64,000 nucleotides of DNA. Origin: Naegleria gruberi (taxonomy: Eukaryota). Made by a program: the position numbers and the translations under genes. The first letter of the stretch is position 1. Each line of letters starts with the position of its first letter. Below are positions 57,546 through 64,000 of the stretch, piece by piece. Below the pieces are notes generated by a model. That model was not told the origin of the DNA. It saw only the letters and a program-made list of their open reading frames with translations, and did no database searches. The stretch is from NCBI GenBank assembly GCA_000004985.1, contig GG738850.1. One strand, given 5' to 3'.

Positions 57546-58145
57546 CTACATTTTGGAAAGGTCTCTTTCGAATACTCTTTCGCATAACATTCTTCCATTA
57601 AATCTGCTCACTCTATTAGTTTGATAGGTGAGATAATTTCTCGAATCTCTCAATTCGAAACCATTATTTCCCAACAATTCCCACAAGGCATGAGTACTAT
57701 CAGTCATGGCATAAGGAACTGCATACGAATCATCAGTTTGACTCATATCCCTCGCCCAAATCAAATTTAATTCGAAATCTTCAAAGACAACTTGAGCAAT
57801 TTGTTGACCTTCCAAATATTCTGAATTATTTGGATAAGAAACTCCAAATAATTCCTTAAAAACTGATGGAGCAATTCTTAATGCTTGGAAAACATCTTTT
57901 GGTCCAATAATTTCTCTCACATTAATGTACTGTTTCGTTGACTTTTTTGCCTGAATCTTATTGACCTTTCCTCCAATCACTGGAATGGAAACTGGATCTT
58001 GAATCATTGGAGAGAATGATCCAGGAGGTGGTGGAGTGCCTCCTCCTACTTTGAAAGAACTGTTTATTCCAGGAGGTGGTGGTGGAGTAAATCCTTGAGA
58101 AGTACTAATATTGCTATTATTGCTTGGTGGAGGTGGTGGAGGCAT
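57546..58145 (-). CDS. Hypothetical protein with proline-rich N-terminus (PPPPPPS...PPPPPG...PPPPG).
   Basis: 199-aa ORF; C-terminal ~130 aa non-repetitive. Confidence 0.45.
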   Translation of the reverse strand: MPPPPPPSNNSNISTSQGFTPPPPPGINSSFKVGGGTPPPPGSFSPMIQDPVSIPVIGGKVNKIQAKKSTKQYINVREIIGPKDVFQALRIAPSVFKELFGVSYPNNSEYLEGQQIAQVVFEDFELNLIWARDMSQTDDSYAVPYAMTDSTHALWELLGNNGFELRDSRNYLTYQTNRVSRFNGRMLCERVFERDLSKM

Positions 58146-58550
58146 TTGTTGGTTGACTTGTTTTTTTGAAGTTGGTTTTCGGTTGTGTCATGTTATTGGA
58201 CTCGTATTTATAGAGTTTAGTTTATCATGATAACATGGTACAGTTGGTAAAATGGAATCAGAAATCACGGTTAAATGAACTCCAAGGTTCTTTTGTTACT
58301 TTGAGTTGAACTGGAAAGAAGAAGAAAAGAGGTGCAACACGGCAATGGACTTGGATCTATCCTACCATTTCAATGAATCGTGTTACGAAATTACTATAAA
58401 AGGTGCACTACTTTTATTTCTATTGTTTTTCACAATATTTTCCCATTTCTTTAAAAAATTTAAAATATTAAAATGAATTCGAAATTTAACAAATTATTAA
58501 ATATCCAATTTCCATAAATGAGACGAACAATCCAAACACACACATACCAG

Positions 58551-58862
58551 TTAGCAGAACTCAGTTAAAGCACTAGTTCTCACACATTTCACTCTATCAC
58601 CAACAATTAATTGTGGTAATTCTACGCCATTGCCATCACTCAAATTCTTATCACTTTGTTTGAAAATGTACATTTTCAAATTGGTCAATATAATTTTCTT
58701 CTGTGATGCAATTTTCTTGTTGATTATTCTTTCGTTTGGAGAAAAGAGTTTCGTATTGGTATAAGAAATTGTTTGTAAGAGAAAATCCGAATTGTCGACA
58801 GGATCATAAAATATATCCATTGATGGATAATAGAAAAGAATGGATGAATGTTGATTGCGCAA
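58551..58862 (-). CDS. Short hypothetical ORF in an otherwise low-coding 1.2-kb interval; may be an exon of an unresolved gene.
   Basis: 103-aa ORF only; weak. Confidence 0.2.
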   Translation of the reverse strand: MRNQHSSILFYYPSMDIFYDPVDNSDFLLQTISYTNTKLFSPNERIINKKIASQKKIILTNLKMYIFKQSDKNLSDGNGVELPQLIVGDRVKCVRTSALTEFC

Positions 58863-59395
58863 AAATCAGGAATTGCCATCTATGGTTTTTTTGAGATATT
58901 GAAATCTTTAGAAATATCCAGAGGTTATTCACCAAATAAATATAACTCCTCTTTATATGAAACAAGGAGGAATTCATGCTATTATTATTTGGAAGAGCCA
59001 CATTGATTGTGGATACTATCTGAACTGAAATGAGGTAGAAAGAAGGCTAACAATATTTAGACAAACGGACATCCATTTGTTAATGACAAGTCAACAGCTG
59101 GCGAAAAGAACTGTATTCCGAGAGATGACAAAACTCCCATCAACATCTGTATCTATTGAACATTATTTGCATGTACATTTTCCTCTTGTTATTTAATGGC
59201 AAATGACAAGTCCAGATGCTACAATTGTATTGTTCAATTAAGGACTTTACTAAATATCTCTTGGTCTAATGACCGAAAAAATTTAAACGAGATGCATTTA
59301 GTATTTCATCAACCTATTCTTAATACTGGCAACTAAAAATGCATGATGATTGAGCATCAAACAAGCTCAATACCCAATAGAAAAAATCATAAAAA

Positions 59396-62066
59396 ATGAA
59401 AGAAACGACACAAGTCATTCCTGTCAGATCCAAGCACGATGCAGAAGATAATACTCAATCTATCGAAGATACTTCAAGCGATAATTTTCAACAAGAAGAC
59501 GCAAGAAAGGTTGCATTCTTTGGTTCAATTAAAATGTGGTTGATTCTAATTATTTCTGTAATTGTATTATTGACAGTTTTTATTCTGTCAGCAATTTGGT
59601 TGAGTAGTTTCATTCCTTCAGTTGTTGAATATAGCAAGGAACTAAGAGATTTTGAATTTGATAATATTGTTGCATTTGTCAAACAAACAATTAGAGAAGT
59701 AAAAATGACAAGTGAAACTGGTAAACATTTAATGATGAAAACACTTGATTTTTCGAATAGAGATCAGATAGAAGTGTTGATTTATCAGTTTTTGAAACAG
59801 CAGTGGACCTATCTTAAAGGTTTAGTTGTTACAAATCACATTGGTGACAATGAAGGAAGGTAAATACTTTACAACAGTTTTAATCTTTACAATATTGCAT
59901 TAATTTCTTTAGACAATATGGAATTATGGATTGGGGAGGAAAACCTACATTATTCAACATCACCACAAAAGATCAACAACTTTATTATTGTAATAATTTT
60001 GATGAACTTGATTATTGTAATAGAAGTTCAACTCCAGACATTCAATTAGGATTTTTTGATTTGACAATTTTGATTAATGCTGGAAATGCACATCCAGGAA
60101 AACCAACCATCACTAATAGTTTCATAGATGCATCACAACCACAGTATACTTTCATTACAATGGTTAATTCTATTGAGTTACCTCAACCAGATTTGAAAGG
60201 AAACAAATTTAAATATTACTTAGGAACAGATTTGTCTGCTGAGACTATTTCTCAATATTTGGCACATGTAACGTTGAAATTGAGTGGTTCTAAGAGTTTT
60301 ATTATTGAAATGGCAACTCAATACATTATTGCAAGTAAGTTTTATAATGAACAAGGTAAAAAGTTTACAATAATTGAAAGATGACAATTCTAATGCAAGG
60401 GTGGCAGTTGTTAATTCAGATGGATCTGTCACAAGACAAACCTATCTCAAAATTGATAATGATGAAAGAGTTTCGTCAATCGCCAAGGTATTGGCTTCGG
60501 AATTGGGAACAGAATTGGATACTATTGGATGTGGAAACAAATCATTAATTACATCTGCAACTGATTACATTTCAGTTTATAGATTATGCACAGATACTGA
60601 TGTTGATTGGTAAGTTAGCAAATCAATTTCGAACTCTATAATAATTATTCGAAATAGGTTGTTTGTGTTGGCAGTTCCTCAATGGAATTATATTAGTTCA
60701 ATTGTTATTGCTGTTGTTTGTGCTACTCTTGGCGCATGTATTATAATTTCTGCAGGTGTTATAACATCTGTCATTATTTCAGTCAAATTAGTGAAACCAT
60801 TTTACAACTTGATTGATTTATTCGAAAGTGTTTCTCATATGGATTTGGATAATTTAGTAATTAATGATTCCAAATTTACAGAAGTTAAACATTTACAAAA
60901 TCATTTCAAAACCATGACAGACAGAATCAAACTTTACAGAGCTTTCATTCCATCGCATTTACTTTCTCAATTAGATCAAGGAGGAGATCAAGTTGACGCC
61001 AAAAAGAAAGCTCATGAAAACGATTCCATTTCTATGGCTTCCTCTCATAAATCCTCTCAGAGATCTTCGAGATTAGACTCCAAACAATCTAGCTTGAGTA
61101 GAAGTCATGCCTCTAGTTCACATCGAAGATATTCGAATGATTTGGATATTTTCTCACTTCATTTGGATCGAAAGAAATTATCCATTGTTGCAATTCATAT
61201 TGAAGGGTTGAATAGATTATTCTCTGAAATATCAGCAGGAGACTGTGTTGATTTGTTGAAAGATTTCTTTGATCATTTGGGATTAGTTTGTCGAACAAGT
61301 AATGGTTATTTGGGAAATTTTGAAAATGATTTAATTTCAATTTCATTCAATGCAAGTTCAAATCAATCGAAACATTCAGAAAAAGCAGCTGCTGCATGTG
61401 TTCAATTAATGGAAAAGTTGAACACAACCAAATCAAAGAAATGGCCAAATCAATTTAAAAAGAAACCTCACTTGATTGAAATTGTTACATTCAGATTTGC
61501 AATTTGTGTTCAAGAATCATTATGTGGAAATTTAGGATCGAATGATTTTAAGAATTTCACAGTTATTTCAAGTGCCAAATTCAATTTGGAATCCATGTTG
61601 GATGTTGCATCAAAATTGAATTTGAATATTGTATTATCTGATAGAGTATTTGCAAATTTAGAGGAACATTATCAAATGAGATATGTTTATACGAAAGAAT
61701 TAATTCCAGATTCACATTATTCATCTCCATTTATTCAACACAAAGAAAATGAAAGAGCACAAATTGAACCAACACATATTTATGAATTGGGTGAAAGCTT
61801 AAATGTTGGAATGGATGGTAAGTTTACAACATTTAACTTTACAAATTTGATTACGTTCTTTTTTATTAGAATGGATGTATGAATTACAAGAAAAGGAAAA
61901 GAAAGCAAAATGGACCAAATACAATCAAGCTTGCAAACTCTTCTTCTCAAATCAATTCGAAGAAGCTAGAGAATTATTCCGAGAATTTCATGAACAAAAC
62001 AATGATGTGGCAGCTGAATTGATGATTAAAAAATGTTCAACTACAACACCTATTAGTGAATTGTAG
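59396..62066 (+). CDS. Second receptor-type cyclase-homology-domain protein, 5 exons: 59396..59859, 59913..60334, 60381..60609, 60658..61817, 61870..62066. TM, extracellular region, TM, then CHD.
   Basis: Four introns of 53, 46, 48 and 52 bp with GTAAAT/GTAAGT donors and AG acceptors; all phases close across five ORF-track segments. TM MWLILIISVIVLLTVFILSAIWL and IVIAVVCATLGACIIISAGVITSVIISV. CHD is LSIVAIHIEGLNRLFSEISAGDCVDLLKDFFDHLGLVCRTSNGYLGNFENDLISISF...IEIVTFRFAICVQESLCGNLGSNDFKNFTVISSAKFNLESMLDVASKLNLNIVLSDRVF. Metal Asp1 is replaced by His and the transition-state Arg is absent, by eye. Confidence 0.65.
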
Positions 62067-62202
62067 TTTCTTTTACGTTATGGGAAGAGACACAAATTAC
62101 TGTTACAAGTGGGGAGGAGGGGTAGAAATCTTACTTTTTATTTAGGGGTGTTGGCCAGAAAATTACGAAATAATTGGGGGGGTAAACAACATTATTTATT
62201 TA

Positions 62203-62382
62203 ATTATTTCTTCTTTCGTGGTCTACCAGGCTTTCTCTTTACTGCTTCTTCAACTTGAGATTTCATTGGTTCTTTGAATTGTGATTTCTTTGGTCTACCA
62301 CGTTTCTTTTTCTTTAATGGTTCCTCTTCTTGTTCCAATTCTTTCTCTTGTTCCAATTCCTTCTCTTGTTCTTGATCATAAT
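62203..62382 (-). CDS. AT-hook protein, C-terminal fragment; the remainder lies in the assembly gap.
   Basis: Minus-strand translation is ...YDQEQEKELEQEKELEQEEEPLKKKKRGRPKKSQFKEPMKSQVEEAVKRKPGRPRKKK*, with two RGRP AT-hook cores. Confidence 0.5.
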
Positions 62383-63004
62383 NNNNNNNNNNNNNNNNNN
62401 NNNNNNNNNNNNNNNNNNNNNNNNNNNNNNNNNNNNNNNNNNNNNNNNNNNNNNNNNNNNNNNNNNNNNNNNNNNNNNNNNNNNNNNNNNNNNNNNNNNN
62501 NNNNNNNNNNNNNNNNNNNNNNNNNNNNNNNNNNNNNNNNNNNNNNNNNNNNNNNNNNNNNNNNNNNNNNNNNNNNNNNNNNNNNNNNNNNNNNNNNNNN
62601 NNNNNNNNNNNNNNNNNNNNNNNNNNNNNNNNNNNNNNNNNNNNNNNNNNNNNNNNNNNNNNNNNNNNNNNNNNNNNNNNNNNNNNNNNNNNNNNNNNNN
62701 NNNNNNNNNNNNNNNNNNNNNNNNNNNNNNNNNNNNNNNNNNNNNNNNNNNNNNNNNNNNNNNNNNNNNNNNNNNNNNNNNNNNNNNNNNNNNNNNNNNN
62801 NNNNNNNNNNNNNNNNNNNNNNNNNNNNNNNNNNNNNNNNNNNNNNNNNNNNNNNNNNNNNNNNNNNNNNNNNNNNNNNNNNNNNNNNNNNNNNNNNNNN
62901 NNNNNNNNNNNNNNNNNNNNNNNNNNNNNNNNNNNNNNNNNNNNNNNNNNNNNNNNNNNNNNNNNNNNNNNNNNNNNNNNNNNNNNNNNNNNNNNNNNNN
63001 NNNN
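62383..63004. other. Assembly gap (622 N).
   Basis: Run of n characters. Confidence 1.
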
Positions 63005-63462
63005 AATATGCTTCAGATTGAACTTTCCTGTTTCTCGGTTGCACTTTAGGTTTGGAAATACATACTCTTTGATTATTCAATGAAAAACTACTTAACCATT
63101 CATTATGATATCTTACAAACTTGTTCTATACATTTAGGAGGAGCTACCCTGAAAGGATGACATCTTTAAATCAAATATTCATCGAACTATAAGGCACAGG
63201 TTTGAAAGACAAATATTGAAAGTTAGAAAAACGAGTAAAAATGAAAATTTTATAATTTAAAATCGGGGAACAGACCAAATGATGGATAACGAACGTTGTT
63301 CCTCCTTGATCGACTAAGTAATTATCGAGAAGGAAGGTTTCTAAATATTTGCAAAATTTCATTCACATCCTTCAATAATAATTTTCAAACCGAAAAATTT
63401 AAAAATAGAATGGATTAATATCAATAATTTTGGAGATGTGGATTATTATCTAGTATTTTAAT

Positions 63463-63499
63463 GATGGAAGTGGAGGTGCCATAGGCACCCACTTCCATC
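63463..63499. repeat. Subtelomeric 37-bp near-perfect palindrome/hairpin GATGGAAGTGGAGGTGCCATAGGCACCCACTTCCATC.
   Basis: Arms GATGGAAGTGG(A)GGTGCC and GGCACCCACTTCCATC are reverse complements apart from a 1-nt bulge; loop is ATA. Confidence 0.6.
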
Positions 63500-63604
63500 A
63501 AGTGGAGAAACTACATTGAAGGAGGATCTGTTAAAAAAAATACAAGAACATCATGCCTCCTTCATCTTCAAGTATTGCTCCTTCTTCGTCATCTATATCA
63601 TCAA

Positions 63605-64000
63605 TTAGGGTTTGGGTTGGGTTTGGGTTTGGGTTTGGGTTTGGGTTTGGGTTTGGGTTTGGGTTTGGGTTTGGGTTTGGGTTTGGGTTTGGGTTTGGGT
63701 TTGGGTTTGGGTTTGGGTTTGGGTTTGGGTTTGGGTTTGGGTTTGGGTTTGGGTTTGGGTTTGGGTTTGGGTTTGGGTTTGGGTTTGGGTTTGGGTTTGG
63801 GTTTGGGTTTGGGTTTGGGTTTGGGTTTGGGTTTGGGTTTGGGTTTGGGTTTGGGTTTGGGTTTGGGTTTGGGTTTGGGTTTGGGTTTGGGTTTGGGTTT
63901 GGGTTTGGGTTTGGGTTTGGGTTTGGGTTTGGGTTGGGTTTGGGTTTGGGTTTGGGTTTGGGTTTGGGTTTGGGTTTGGGTTTGGGTTTGGGTTTGGGTT
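63605..64000 (+). repeat. Telomeric repeat array (TTTGGG)n. First unit is TTAGGG, with two TTGGG variants. The G-rich strand runs 5'->3' to the window end, so this is a right chromosome end.
   Basis: About 65 tandem 6-mers from 63605 to the last base. Confidence 0.85.

Noticed and set aside
62281-63080. Three long ORFs (246, 239 and 234 aa) spanning 62281..63080
   Set aside because: They are translations through the run of N (X residues), an artefact of the assembly gap.
1-64000. Prokaryotic interpretation (operons, defence island, CRISPR, phage)
   Set aside because: There are spliceosomal introns with GTAAGT donors, nuclear tRNA with a Pol III terminator, eukaryotic gene families (Ras, RGS, GAR1, profilin, SLC6, ENPP), low-complexity N/Q tracts and a terminal telomere repeat. 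There are no direct-repeat/spacer arrays and no co-oriented tightly packed operons.

Overview
This window is eukaryotic nuclear DNA, not prokaryotic. It is AT-rich, about 65-70% AT by eye, with more AT-rich spacers. It is gene-dense, with roughly 35 genes in 64 kb. Encoded proteins carry frequent poly-N/Q/S/T/H tracts. Spliceosomal introns are few and very short (42-202 bp), with GTAAGT/GTATGT/GTAGGT donors, AG acceptors and occasional TACTAAC-like branch points. The right end of the window is a chromosome end. A (TTTGGG)n array, whose first unit is TTAGGG, runs from 63605 to the last base. About 600 bp of unique subtelomeric sequence and a 622-N assembly gap (62383-63004) precede it. Overall the gene content and sequence style resemble a social-amoeba-like unicellular eukaryote, but I cannot assign a species. 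Recognisable genes include GAR1 (3 introns), ENPP-type ecto-phosphodiesterase (2 exons), SLC6-type transporter (2 exons), alanine aminotransferase, Ras-family GTPase (5 exons), GT10 fucosyltransferase, SGNH/IAH1 esterase, a trypsin-like peptidase, a METTL21-like methyltransferase, a thioredoxin-like protein (4 exons), a profilin-like protein, an RCC1-repeat protein, a gamma-glutamylcyclotransferase-like protein and an AT-hook protein cut by the gap. Two very large paralogous tenascin-type EGF-repeat surface proteins are transcribed divergently. There are three RGS-domain genes with different architectures: soluble, 7TM-RGS and 2TM-sensor-RGS. There are two receptor-type class-III-cyclase-homology proteins whose catalytic residues look non-canonical. 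tRNA-Arg(UCU) is present, plus a D-arm-less tRNA-Asp-like element. There are no CRISPR arrays, operons or defence islands. The most interesting unexplained structure is the concentration of G-protein signalling genes (RGS x3, sensor-cyclase-like x2, Ras) in the last 27 kb before the telomere.
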